Shown here piece after piece: positions 28,462 to 38,345 of a DNA stretch of 64,000 bases. Position numbers and translations under genes: made by a program. The notes beneath the pieces were generated by a model, which worked only from the letters and a program-made list of their open reading frames with translations, made no database searches and was not told the DNA's origin. The stretch comes from a bacterium (GTDB lineage Bacteria; UBA8248), in the NCBI GenBank assembly GCA_965207065.1, contig OZ242260.1, positions 768,001 to 832,000 of the forward strand, written 5' to 3'. Each line of letters begins with the position of its first letter. The first letter of the stretch is position 1.

Positions 28462-30406
28462 TGTTTTTCACCGGATTGGCGGCCAGGATTTCGTTCTGCT
28501 CCGAGCTGACGGCCGAGACGTCAGGAGTTCCTTCCTTCCGTCTGAATGCGGACAGCAACCGGTGGACCAGGTCCGCCAGTCCCCCCGGCAAGAACATCAT
28601 GAACGCGACCAGAAGCAGTCCGAAGATCAGGATTCGGTACTCCGCAAGCGTACGCAGCATTTCCGGAACCCCAAGGACGAAGAACGCCCCGATAACGGCT
28701 CCGGCGAAACTGCCAAGACCGCCAATCACGACCATCGTAAGGAATGCGATCGACTGCAGTATAGTGAAGGAATCCGGACTGATATAGGAGAAGAAGTGAG
28801 CATACAGAGAACCTGCAATCCCGGCGCAACCGGCGGCGATGCAGAAGGAGAGCGTCCGGTACCAGGCAACATTCACTCCCATGGAGATTGCAGCCAGTTC
28901 ATTCTCACGGGCCGCGACCAAACCACGGCCATAGCGTGACCTTATCAGGCGCTGCAGCGCTACGAAGACGACCACCAGGACGGCTATCGTCAGGAAATAG
29001 AAAGGTGCGCCTTCCCCGAACACAAAGGAGCCGATGGACGGTTTTCGAATGCCGCTGATGCCCGACATCCCGTTTGTTACGGCCTTCCAGTTGATGAACA
29101 CGAGATGCATAATCTCGCCAAAACCCAGGGTTGCGATGGCGCAGAAATGAGTCGGCAGCCTCAAAATTGGTCCGAACAGCAAGGCGAATACTGCAGCGAC
29201 AATCGCAGCCGCAATCATTGCGGGGAGGAACGGAACGCCTAAGTATACGGTCAAAATCGCCGAAGTGTAGGCGCCAATTCCCAGGAACGCCGCATGACCG
29301 ACGATAATCGCACCGGCGTATCCGATCACGAGCTGCAATCCGAGGGCGCCCGTGGCATAGATCAGGATGAGGGTAACGAGGTAGACCTCATATGTATCGA
29401 GGAGCAACGGCAGCAGGAAGGCGAGGACACCGAGCGCGGCGCTCATGGCGTACCTGAGACGGGCGGCTTGCTTGTCGTTCAACTCGAACAAGTCCGCTAT
29501 GGATTGTCGTCCGTACCGGAACACCAGGCTCCCGCCACGCGGCATACGAGGAATCGCCACGAGCATCAGCACGATGATGGTGACCCCAAAAGCAATCCCG
29601 TTCTTGTAAGCGGATGAAATATAACCCGCGGCGAAAGTCTCCAGCAGGCCGAGAATGGGACCGCCAATCATCGTACCGAGTATGTGAAACTGCCCCAGCG
29701 CCGCACCGGCGAATGATCGAGGTCCCTGCAGCCAAAGGTCCTGCGCGACAAAAAACAATGGTGCGATGAGGACGCCAGCAGCGCCTGCCAACATGGAACT
29801 GATACCGAAAGTCATCGTGACGACGCGATCGAAACTTACACCCAGAATTTCCGCCGTGTATGAGTCATACGCCGACGCCCGCCACGCGATGCCGGGAAGC
29901 GTTCGCTCAAAGAAGTAATGCAGACCGAGCATTGAAAGGATGGCAAGGGCGATAATCCAGATATGCTGAATGCTCATCGGCAGCCCGGCCACGACAAGAT
30001 GGCCTACCTGGCCGACGGATACCGGGTAACGCAGCGGCGCGGCCCCCCATATCAGCTGCGAGACCAGCCGAAGGCATATCCCAATCCCGATTGTTGCGAT
30101 TATCAAATTCAAGAGCGGCGATTGCCGCATTCGAATCGGGCGCAGGGCTACGCGCTCGATCAGCATGCCCAGAATGCCCGTCAGGATGCTCGCTACGATG
30201 AATACGGCCAGATAAGGCAGCGGTGTTACCACCAGGAGGGTATATCCGATGAAGGCGCCTGACATCACGAGTTCGCCCTGTGCGAAGTTGACGAGCTCGG
30301 TGGCCCGCAACATCATCGTGAAGCCAAGAGCGATCAGGGCGTAAACGCAGCCGACCGCCAGCCCGCCGACAACCTGCTGCGTGACGATATGTAAATCTAT
30401 CCCCAT
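28448..30406 (-). CDS. Fused LivH-LivM ABC permease
   Basis: N-half YALIALGF..VNFAQGE (LivH); C-half GHAAFLGIGAY, ATLGFGEI, GGLGS (LivM). Confidence 0.85.
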   Translation of the reverse strand: MGIDLHIVTQQVVGGLAVGCVYALIALGFTMMLRATELVNFAQGELVMSGAFIGYTLLVVTPLPYLAVFIVASILTGILGMLIERVALRPIRMRQSPLLNLIIATIGIGICLRLVSQLIWGAAPLRYPVSVGQVGHLVVAGLPMSIQHIWIIALAILSMLGLHYFFERTLPGIAWRASAYDSYTAEILGVSFDRVVTMTFGISSMLAGAAGVLIAPLFFVAQDLWLQGPRSFAGAALGQFHILGTMIGGPILGLLETFAAGYISSAYKNGIAFGVTIIVLMLVAIPRMPRGGSLVFRYGRQSIADLFELNDKQAARLRYAMSAALGVLAFLLPLLLDTYEVYLVTLILIYATGALGLQLVIGYAGAIIVGHAAFLGIGAYTSAILTVYLGVPFLPAMIAAAIVAAVFALLFGPILRLPTHFCAIATLGFGEIMHLVFINWKAVTNGMSGISGIRKPSIGSFVFGEGAPFYFLTIAVLVVVFVALQRLIRSRYGRGLVAARENELAAISMGVNVAWYRTLSFCIAAGCAGIAGSLYAHFFSYISPDSFTILQSIAFLTMVVIGGLGSFAGAVIGAFFVLGVPEMLRTLAEYRILIFGLLLVAFMMFLPGGLADLVHRLLSAFRRKEGTPDVSAVSSEQNEILAANPVKNNVSS

Positions 30407-30499
30407 TTCACCGTTCCGCGTCGTTCGTATTGACCCCGCATCGCCCGGGCAACCTTCAGTTCCTTATTGACCATATCCGAATTTCACAGCCGCCGGGAT

Positions 30500-30642
30500 G
30501 GGGTTTCCGCCGCGGCGGGTTTTCATTGCAGGCCATCTGTCAAGGCGGAGATTTTTGGGGAACAGGTTGCTCGGCGCGGCAACCCCGCCATTTGGAACAC
30601 AATGCATCACCCGTGACTGACTACCTCCACGCCGATCTTCAA
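30500..30642 (-). mobile_element. Degenerate IS1380-family transposase C-terminal remnant
   Basis: Reads LKIGVEVVSHG*CIVFQMA-VAAPSNLF..L.DGL, resembling the IS1380 tail (KIGAKVVSHGRYVTFQMAEVAVPR.LF..IL.LIDGL) as recalled; stops and frameshifts. Confidence 0.55.
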
Positions 30643-30684
30643 GCGATGGGGCCATCTACCCTCGAGTCGCCGGCCCGAAAACCA

Positions 30685-30724
30685 CTCACGGCAGTCCGGT
30701 TGCAGGCAACCGGACTGCCGTGAG
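30685..30724. terminator. Perfect 19-bp inverted repeat downstream of the substrate-binding gene (terminator or mRNA stabiliser)
   Basis: CTCACGGCAGTCCGGTTGC-AG-GCAACCGGACTGCCGTGAG. Confidence 0.7.
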
Positions 30725-30737
30725 CTGGAAATAGACG

Positions 30738-31922
30738 CTATCGACCGAGAGAACGCCAAAACTCTCCATCGGCATTGCCGCTATCGACAATTTCCCCGAT
30801 GATCGGAGCCCAGTCGCCGTCTCCGTTTTTAGAAAAATAGACGTTGCCCAGGATACCGCTGTAGCTGTTCTTCGCGCTGGTGAGATTGCGCGTGAACGCG
30901 CCTATCTGTTTGCTGTCGGGAACGTAGCCGTTGGCCTTGACAGCCTCGAATACGATGCCTACCGCGTCATAGAACTCGCCGGCCCAGGGGTCGGGACGTT
31001 CATTGAATTTCGCGATGTAGGCCTTCATGAAGGGCGCCAGACGCTTGTCGGCGCTTACGGGGATGAAGGTCGTGGCGAACACCATACCCTCTACGTGCTT
31101 GCCGCCGAGTTCCACGAACTTCGGATTCCCGCCGATGGTATCGCCACCGAGAAGCCGAACCTTCATGCCGAGTTCTTTCACCTGGCGGGCAATGATGGCC
31201 TGCTCCTGGAATCCCGTCGCCATGATGACCGCATCCGCGCCCGCGGCCTTGATGCGGCCGAGTTGGCCCGTGAAGTCCTTGTCGCCGCGCGCATATTCCT
31301 GTTTCGCCGCGGGCTTGAGCCCAAGCGATTTCAATACAGCGGCGGTACTGGCGGAAAAGGATTTACCGACCTCCTCATTGGACGAGAGGATGGCGATCTT
31401 TTTCAGACCAAGATTCTTAACGGCGTAATTGACGGTTGCGATATTCAGGCCCTTGGTCGGAATGGCAACCCGGAAGATCCACTTGGAACCCTGCTGGGTG
31501 ATAGGCCCCGCAACACTCGTCGTGTATTGCGGAATTTTCGCCGCTGCGGTGATCGGAACGATGGCGAGCGTACAGGTGCTTTGCCAAGCGCCGAGGAGCG
31601 CATGAATCTTGTCGCGCGCGATCAGCTTGCGTGCCGCCGAGACCGAGACGTCGCATTTGGATTCGTCATCCTCGGCGATGATCTCGATCTTGACCTTGTC
31701 CTGCATCTTGTTCAGTTCTTCGGCCTTCAGTTGAGCCCCCTTTAGCTGGAATTGACCACCGAACGCAAGATCGCCGGTAAGAGGGCCGAGCACGCCCAGC
31801 CGCAATACTTTCGCAGCCTCGGCGCGACCGCCGAAGGGCGTGAAAACCAAGACTGCCAGAGTGAATACTAGAACTGTTGCGGAAATTTGAATCTGACGCT
31901 GGATAGGGATTGTGTAGCGCAT
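30738..31922 (-). CDS. LivJ/K-like ABC substrate-binding protein
   Basis: Signal peptide (AEA-AK), LGVLGPLTG, EDDESK, DFTGQL. Confidence 0.88.
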   Translation of the reverse strand: MRYTIPIQRQIQISATVLVFTLAVLVFTPFGGRAEAAKVLRLGVLGPLTGDLAFGGQFQLKGAQLKAEELNKMQDKVKIEIIAEDDESKCDVSVSAARKLIARDKIHALLGAWQSTCTLAIVPITAAAKIPQYTTSVAGPITQQGSKWIFRVAIPTKGLNIATVNYAVKNLGLKKIAILSSNEEVGKSFSASTAAVLKSLGLKPAAKQEYARGDKDFTGQLGRIKAAGADAVIMATGFQEQAIIARQVKELGMKVRLLGGDTIGGNPKFVELGGKHVEGMVFATTFIPVSADKRLAPFMKAYIAKFNERPDPWAGEFYDAVGIVFEAVKANGYVPDSKQIGAFTRNLTSAKNSYSGILGNVYFSKNGDGDWAPIIGEIVDSGNADGEFWRSLGR

Positions 31923-32355
31923 CTTGAACCTCCTTTGAAAAGAGATTGACTAGCGCGTATGAAACCTTCGTATTTCTATATGATGGCAGGAATGATTTGA
32001 TGGAAATGATTGTCTTTAATGTATCAGATGAATATGCAAGTGTCTACGAGCAAAATCCGGAAGCGGTTTTCTGGATACTCATCCCGGTCCCGCGGGGCAG
32101 CGGGGCGCGACTGTAAACAAGTCCTTCCGTGTCGGGCTTTGGAGAAGGATTATGCAATGTTCCGACTGAGACTCGCCGGAAGGCGCAGGAAATATACGGA
32201 CCGCCAGTCCGTCGGAAAAGTTCGGGCTTACGCCGGTCCCGGGTCGGGATGGGCGGAGAGAAGCAGACCAGCCGTTTAAGATCCCAAACAGCGCGCATTC
32301 ACTTCCCCTCAGGAGAGAGAGGCGGTCGTGATGCTTCAGGTTTTGCGTGTGGTTT

Positions 32356-33858
32356 CTAGATGAACCCGGCGACGGTGCCCTTCGCCGCGTCGAGGAAGCT
32401 GCCCGGGAAGATGCCCAGCAGAAGCGTCGCCACCACCAGCACCACCAGGGCGAAGAAAAGAGAGGGCGCGCTCGACAGGCTCATCACCTCCTGGCCCTCG
32501 CCCCGGTTCTCCATGTACATCACCATGATGATGCGCCCGTAGTAGTACATCGAGACCGCGCTCATCACGAGACCGATGACGGCCAGCCAGTAGTACTCGT
32601 TCTGAACCGCCGCGGCGAAGAGGTAGAGCTTGCCGACGAAGCCGGCCGTCGGCGGGATGCCGCCGAGCGAGAGCAGGAACACCACGAAGGCCATCCCCGC
32701 CCAGGGGTGCGCCTGCCCGATTCCCTTCCAGTCCTCGATGTTGTCGCCCCGGTAGCCGTCGCGGCACACGAGAATCAGCATCCCGAAGGCCCCGAGGTTC
32801 GTGAACAGGTAGGCGAGCAGGTAGAACGCCACCGCGCTGATGCCGATGTCGGTGAACGTCACCTTGCCGTCCACCACGCTCATGGTGGCCACCACGCCCA
32901 TCAGCACGTAGCCCGCGTGCCCGATGCTCGAGTACGCCAGCATGCGCTTCAGGCTTGTCTGGGCGATGGCCGCCACGTTCCCCCACACCAGCGTGAACGC
33001 CGTGAGCGCCCACAACAGGGTGTTCCACCTGTCAGCCATGGCCGGTAACGCCACGAAGAATATCCGCATCAGGGCGGCGACGGTCGCGAACTTGACGGCC
33101 ACGGACATGAAGCCCGTAATCGGCGTCGGCGCGCCCGTGTAGGCGTCGGGCAGCCACATGTGGAACGGCGACAGCGCCAGCTTGAAGCCGAAGCCCGCGA
33201 CCAGGAGAATGAGGCCGAAAATCATCATCGGGTTCTGCGCGATGGCGGCGCCGCCTTCGCCCGAGAACGCCGCCGCGATTCCGCGAATCGAGGTCGTTCC
33301 GGTGAACCCGTACGTCAGTGCCATGCCGTAGAGGAGTACGCCCGAGGCGAAAGCGCCCATGAGGAAATACTTGAGGCCCGCCTCCCGGCTCAAGGGGTCG
33401 TGCCGCATGAACGCCACGAGCACGTAGATGCTGATGCTCATGGTCTCGAGTCCCAGATAGATCGAAATCAAATCGTTGCCAGAGGCCATCACGAGCATGC
33501 CGAACACCGAGAAGAGCAGCATGGCGTACAATTCGCCGAAGTTGATCTTCTCCACCTTGGCGTACTGAAGCAGCAGCAGGATGGAGATGGCCGTACAGAG
33601 CAGCACGCTCACCTTCACGAACACGCTCAGGTTGTCGACCACGTAGAAGCCGCTGAACGTCGTTCTCGCGCCCTCGCCCCATTGCCCGAAAGCGACGAGC
33701 GCGAGAATCACGACCCCCACGAACGCCACGACGCCCACGCGCGACTTGTTCTCGAGCGACACGAACAGGTCGAGAATCAGAACGGCGCATACGAGTATGG
33801 CCAGCCCTATCTCGGGAAGGGCCAGGGACAAGGCGATGTCGGGAATCACCACTTGCAT
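32356..33858 (-). CDS. nuoN: NADH-quinone oxidoreductase subunit N (cluster 2)
   Basis: EAGLKYF, FKLALSPFHMWLPDAY, KRMLAYSSIGH. Confidence 0.95.
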   Translation of the reverse strand: MQVVIPDIALSLALPEIGLAILVCAVLILDLFVSLENKSRVGVVAFVGVVILALVAFGQWGEGARTTFSGFYVVDNLSVFVKVSVLLCTAISILLLLQYAKVEKINFGELYAMLLFSVFGMLVMASGNDLISIYLGLETMSISIYVLVAFMRHDPLSREAGLKYFLMGAFASGVLLYGMALTYGFTGTTSIRGIAAAFSGEGGAAIAQNPMMIFGLILLVAGFGFKLALSPFHMWLPDAYTGAPTPITGFMSVAVKFATVAALMRIFFVALPAMADRWNTLLWALTAFTLVWGNVAAIAQTSLKRMLAYSSIGHAGYVLMGVVATMSVVDGKVTFTDIGISAVAFYLLAYLFTNLGAFGMLILVCRDGYRGDNIEDWKGIGQAHPWAGMAFVVFLLSLGGIPPTAGFVGKLYLFAAAVQNEYYWLAVIGLVMSAVSMYYYGRIIMVMYMENRGEGQEVMSLSSAPSLFFALVVLVVATLLLGIFPGSFLDAAKGTVAGFI

Positions 33859-33892
33859 CGGAAAGACTCCATCAAATCAAGCGAAATCTCGT

Positions 33893-35443
33893 TCATTTTT
33901 TCTCGAGCTTCGTCAGTTTACCGAGCGCGGCCTTTTGCGGGACCTCCGCCGCGTTCACCATCTTCACGACCTTCTTCACGCTCGCCTCCATCCTTCCGAG
34001 GAACGGCTTGGGATACAGGCCGATCCAGAACATCAGGATGACCAGCGGCAGAAGGTAGAGAACCTCGCGCGCGTTGCAGTCGGTGAGCTTCTCGTTCTCC
34101 GGATTATCCAGCGTACCGAAGAATACCCGCTGGAATAGCCAGAGCATGTAGGCCGCCCCCAGGACGATGCCGATGACGGCGAACGCCGCGTACACGTAGC
34201 TCTTCTTGAACGCGCCGATCAGGATCAAGAACTCGCCCACGAACCCGTTGAGCCCCGGCAGACCGATGCTGCTCAGCATCGTGATGGCGAAAAGCACCGT
34301 AAAGACCGGCACGACCTTCGAGAGGCCGCCATAATCGGAGATGAGGCGCGTATGACGCCTCTCGTAAACGACGCCCACCAGAAGGAACAAGGCGCCCGTG
34401 CTGATCCCGTGGTTGATCATCTGTAGCTGCCCGCCGAGCACGCCCTGTTCGTTCAAGGCGAACACGCCCAGCATCACGAAGCCCAGGTGGCTCACGGAGG
34501 AATAGGCCACCAGTTTCTTGATGTCGGTCTGCGCCATGGCCACCAGCGCCCCGTAGATGATGCCGATGATGGAGAGAAGCATCATGAAGGGCACGAAAAC
34601 ATGGCTCGCCTGGGGGAGTAGCGGCAGGGCGAAGCGCACGAAACCGTAGGTTCCCATTTTCAGGAGGATGCCCGCCAGAATCACGCTGCCCGCAGTGGGC
34701 GCTTCCACGTGCGCGTCCGGCAGCCAGGTGTGGAAGGGGAACATGGGGACCTTGATGGCGAATCCGATGAAGAACGCCAGGAATATCCATATCTGGAGCG
34801 AAAGCGGTATCTTCGGCCCCACGCCGTACAACTCGACCAGGTCGAACGTGAGGGTTCCGGTGCCCATTTTCAAGTTGGCGAAGTAGAACGCCAGAATTCC
34901 CAGCAGCATCAACACGCTGCCGAACAGCGTATAGAGGAAGAACTTGATCGCCGCGTAGAGCTTCCTCGGCCCGCCCCACACGCCGATGAGGAAATACATC
35001 GGCACCAGGGTAATCTCGAAGAACACGTAGAAGAGGAAGATATCAAGCGCGATGAAGGTGCCCAGCATGCCGGTCGCCAGCAAAAGGAGGCAGACGTAGT
35101 ATTCTTTCTCGCGCTCCTCGATGGCGGTGAACGAGCATACGACCCCTATGATCATCGTGAGCGTGGTGAGAAGAACGAGCAGCACGCTGATCCCGTCGAT
35201 GCCGACGAAATAGCTCACCCCGATGGTGGGTATCCAGCTCACCTTCTCCACGAACTGAAAGCCGGCTTCGGACTGATCGAACCTGAACCAGAGGGGAAGC
35301 GAAATCAGGAAGTCCAAGACCGCCACCGCCGTGGCGAAACCCTTGATGGCTTTCGTCTGCTCTTTTTTCATGAAGAGCATGATAATCACCGCGCCCGCCG
35401 CGGGCAGGAAGGTGATCATCGTAAGAAGCGGCATGTTACTCAT
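33893..35443 (-). CDS. nuoM: NADH-quinone oxidoreductase subunit M (cluster 2)
   Basis: AAIKFFLYT, FPFHTWLPDAHVEAPT, KKLVAYSSVSH. Confidence 0.95.
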   Translation of the reverse strand: MSNMPLLTMITFLPAAGAVIIMLFMKKEQTKAIKGFATAVAVLDFLISLPLWFRFDQSEAGFQFVEKVSWIPTIGVSYFVGIDGISVLLVLLTTLTMIIGVVCSFTAIEEREKEYYVCLLLLATGMLGTFIALDIFLFYVFFEITLVPMYFLIGVWGGPRKLYAAIKFFLYTLFGSVLMLLGILAFYFANLKMGTGTLTFDLVELYGVGPKIPLSLQIWIFLAFFIGFAIKVPMFPFHTWLPDAHVEAPTAGSVILAGILLKMGTYGFVRFALPLLPQASHVFVPFMMLLSIIGIIYGALVAMAQTDIKKLVAYSSVSHLGFVMLGVFALNEQGVLGGQLQMINHGISTGALFLLVGVVYERRHTRLISDYGGLSKVVPVFTVLFAITMLSSIGLPGLNGFVGEFLILIGAFKKSYVYAAFAVIGIVLGAAYMLWLFQRVFFGTLDNPENEKLTDCNAREVLYLLPLVILMFWIGLYPKPFLGRMEASVKKVVKMVNAAEVPQKAALGKLTKLEKK

Positions 35444-35466
35444 AGTTCCTCCAAAACCTCATCGCA

Positions 35467-37488
35467 TCAGCGGAAAAGGTACGCGCTCAGCATCACGAAG
35501 ATGCCCAACAGCATCACGAAAAGATAATTCTGAACCATGCCGGATTGCAGGTATTTGAATACCTGGGAGAAGAAGCGGATGAAGCTCGCCGTGCCGTTCA
35601 CCGCGCCGTCCACCGTCCGCAGGTCGAAAATGCCCGAGAAGCGGCTCGACACCATAGTGATGAGCGAACTGCCGTTCACCGCCCCGTCCACCACCTTCGC
35701 ATCGAAGGTCCACAGGCCGCGCATGAGCTTGTAGGTCGGCTCGACGATGCAGGCCTGGTAAATCTCGTCAACATAGTATTTGCCGAGGAGCAGGTAATAG
35801 ATGCCCGGTATGCTCCTGTACAGGCGCCTCGGCGCTCCGGTGTCCTTGACGTACATGTACCACGCCAGGGCGATGCCGCCCACGGCGACTGCGATGGCCA
35901 GGATGATCAGAAGCACCACCGCCGGGCCGCTGTGCCCGCCGCCGGCCGCGGCGTTCATCAGGTGCACGCCCTGGTCCATGGCGTGGCCGCCCGCCGGCAT
36001 CTTCGCCAGCGAGGGCGCGAGGAAGCGGTGTATCCAGCCGCCCTCGGGCGGGAAGCCGGGAATCACGCCGCCGATGACGCTCAGGACCGCCAGGATGATG
36101 AGCGGAACCGTCATCGTGGGGGGTGATTCGTGAATATGCTCGCGGGCGTGATGGTCGACGCGCATCTCGCCGTGAAACGTCATGAAGATGAGCCGGAACA
36201 TGTAGAAGGCCGTCATGAAGGCCGCGACGGTGCCCATGATCCAGACCGTGTAGTGTCCCGTGAAGAAGGCGTTCGCCAGAATCTCGTCCTTGCTCCAGAA
36301 GCCCGCCAGAGGCGGAACGCCCGCGATGGCGATCGCGCCGATCAGGAACGTCCAGTACGTGATGGGCATCTTGTCCTTCAAGCCGCCCATGTAGCGCATG
36401 TCCTGCTGCTGTTCCTCGGGCGCATGGTGAAGCGCGTGGATCACGCTGCCGCTGCCCAGAAAGAGCAGGCCCTTGAAGAAGGCGTGCGTCATCAGGTGGA
36501 AGATGGCGGCCGTGAAGGCGCCCACGCCCAGCGCCATGAACATGAAGCCGAGCTGGCTTACCGTGCTGTAGGCGAGCACGCGTTTGATGTCGTTCTGCAC
36601 CAGGCCGATGCTCGCGGCGAAAAGCCCCGTGAGCGCGCCGACGACGGCGATGACGCTCATCGCGTCCGGCCCCATGACGTAGATGGGGCTCGTGCGCGCG
36701 ACCATGTAGACGCCCGCCGTCACCATGGTGGCGGCGTGGATGAGGGCGCTGACGGGGGTCGGGCCTTCCATGGCGTCGGGCAGCCAGACGTAGAGCGGAA
36801 TCTGCGCGCTCTTGCCGACGGCGCCGACGAACAGCAGAAGGCCGACGGCCGACGCCATCGCCGCGCTCATCTCGGGAGCCGCCTGGAAGACTTCCGTGTA
36901 GGTGAGGCTGCCGGTCAGCGTCCAGATGAGGAACATGCCGAGCAGGAAGCCCGCGTCGCCGATTCGGTTGACGATGAACGCCTTCTTGCCGGCGTCTGAT
37001 GCGGATTGCTTCTCGTACCAGAAGCCGATGAGCAGATAGCTGCAAAGGCCCACGCCCTCCCAGCCGACGAACATGACGAGATAGTTGTCCCCCAGCACCA
37101 GCAGGAACATCGAGAGCATGAACAGGTTGAGATAGGTGAAAAAGCGCGGATAGCCCGGGTCGCCGTGCATGTAGCCCACGGCGTAGACGTGCACCAGAAA
37201 GCCCACGCCCGACACCACGAGCAGCATGATGGTGCTCAGCGGGTCGATGAGGAAGCTCATGGAAACGCTCAGGCTTCCCGCTTCCACCCACGTCCAGAGC
37301 GGTATGGTGTGGCTGCCGCCCGCGCCGAATATCATCTGCCCGGCGATGCCCAGCACAACGAGAAACGACAGCCCCGCCATGCCGGAGGCGATGGGGCCCG
37401 CATTCTCGCCCACGTGCTTTCCGAACAATCCGTTGATCAGGACCCCGATCACCGGAAAAACGGGAATGAGCCAAGCCAGTTCGATCAT
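35467..37488 (-). CDS. nuoL: NADH-quinone oxidoreductase subunit L (cluster 2), lateral helix extended by 26 aa
   Basis: GKSAQIPLYVWLPDAMEGPTPVSALIHAATMV, THAFFK; FD...VDGAVNG duplicated at 26-aa spacing. Confidence 0.95.
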   Translation of the reverse strand: MIELAWLIPVFPVIGVLINGLFGKHVGENAGPIASGMAGLSFLVVLGIAGQMIFGAGGSHTIPLWTWVEAGSLSVSMSFLIDPLSTIMLLVVSGVGFLVHVYAVGYMHGDPGYPRFFTYLNLFMLSMFLLVLGDNYLVMFVGWEGVGLCSYLLIGFWYEKQSASDAGKKAFIVNRIGDAGFLLGMFLIWTLTGSLTYTEVFQAAPEMSAAMASAVGLLLFVGAVGKSAQIPLYVWLPDAMEGPTPVSALIHAATMVTAGVYMVARTSPIYVMGPDAMSVIAVVGALTGLFAASIGLVQNDIKRVLAYSTVSQLGFMFMALGVGAFTAAIFHLMTHAFFKGLLFLGSGSVIHALHHAPEEQQQDMRYMGGLKDKMPITYWTFLIGAIAIAGVPPLAGFWSKDEILANAFFTGHYTVWIMGTVAAFMTAFYMFRLIFMTFHGEMRVDHHAREHIHESPPTMTVPLIILAVLSVIGGVIPGFPPEGGWIHRFLAPSLAKMPAGGHAMDQGVHLMNAAAGGGHSGPAVVLLIILAIAVAVGGIALAWYMYVKDTGAPRRLYRSIPGIYYLLLGKYYVDEIYQACIVEPTYKLMRGLWTFDAKVVDGAVNGSSLITMVSSRFSGIFDLRTVDGAVNGTASFIRFFSQVFKYLQSGMVQNYLFVMLLGIFVMLSAYLFR

Positions 37489-37495
37489 GATTCCC

Positions 37496-37798
37496 CTACC
37501 ACTTCAAAAGGTTGATTTCGTCCACGTTGACCATCGTGCGGTCGCGGTTGAGCGCAATGAGTATCGCAAGTCCCACGGCCGCCTCGCACGCCGCCACGGT
37601 GATGACGAAGATGGCGAACACCTGGCCCGTCATATCCGCCAGGTGGCGCGAGAAGCCCACGAAGGTCACGTTCACGGCGTTGAGCATCAACTCGATGGAC
37701 AACAGGATGATGATGGCGTTGCGGCGCATCAGAACGCCCATCGCGCCGATGAGGAACAGGACGGCGCCCAGGACGAGAAAATGAGTCATCGGTATCAT
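37496..37798 (-). CDS. nuoK: NADH-quinone oxidoreductase subunit K (cluster 2)
   Basis: RRN...[16 protein letters not shown]. Confidence 0.95.
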   Translation of the reverse strand: MIPMTHFLVLGAVLFLIGAMGVLMRRNAIIILLSIELMLNAVNVTFVGFSRHLADMTGQVFAIFVITVAACEAAVGLAILIALNRDRTMVNVDEINLLKW

Positions 37799-37816
37799 TG
37801 CGGGTTCTCTCTCCCT

Positions 37817-38326
37817 CTATCGCTCTATCGTGCGCTTCGCGAGGACGATGGCGCCGATCATCGAGGCCAGCAGGAGGACGGAGGCCACCTCGAAGGGAAA
37901 CAGGAATTTCGTGTACAAGACCGCGCCCAGGGCTTCGACGTTGCCCGGCGTGGCTCCCAGCGACCACTCCCACTGCTTGGGCGCCCCGAACTCCACCTCC
38001 CCCAGCACGGCCCATATTTCCAGCCCCAGAAGCACGGCCGCCACGAGCACCACGACGCCCTGGCGGTGCCACTGCCGCATCCGCACGGCCACCTCCACGT
38101 TCATCAGCATGATCGAGAACAGGTAGAGCACCATGATGCCGCCCGCGTAGAGCAATATCTGCACCGCCGCCAGAAACTCCGCTCCCGCCAGCACGAAGAC
38201 GCCCGCCAGGAAGAAGAACGTCAGCACCAGCAGCAGGGCCGCGTGAATCACGTTCGCGCGCGTGATCATCAGCAGGGAGGTCAGGATCATCCCGCCCGCG
38301 AACATATAGAAGAAATAGATTTCCAC
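37817..38326 (-). CDS. nuoJ: NADH-quinone oxidoreductase subunit J (cluster 2)
   Basis: AEFLAAVQILLYAGG, PFEVASVLLL. Confidence 0.93.
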   Translation of the reverse strand: MEIYFFYMFAGGMILTSLLMITRANVIHAALLLVLTFFFLAGVFVLAGAEFLAAVQILLYAGGIMVLYLFSIMLMNVEVAVRMRQWHRQGVVVLVAAVLLGLEIWAVLGEVEFGAPKQWEWSLGATPGNVEALGAVLYTKFLFPFEVASVLLLASMIGAIVLAKRTIER

Positions 38327-38345
38327 CCTGCGTCTCTCCCGCTGG

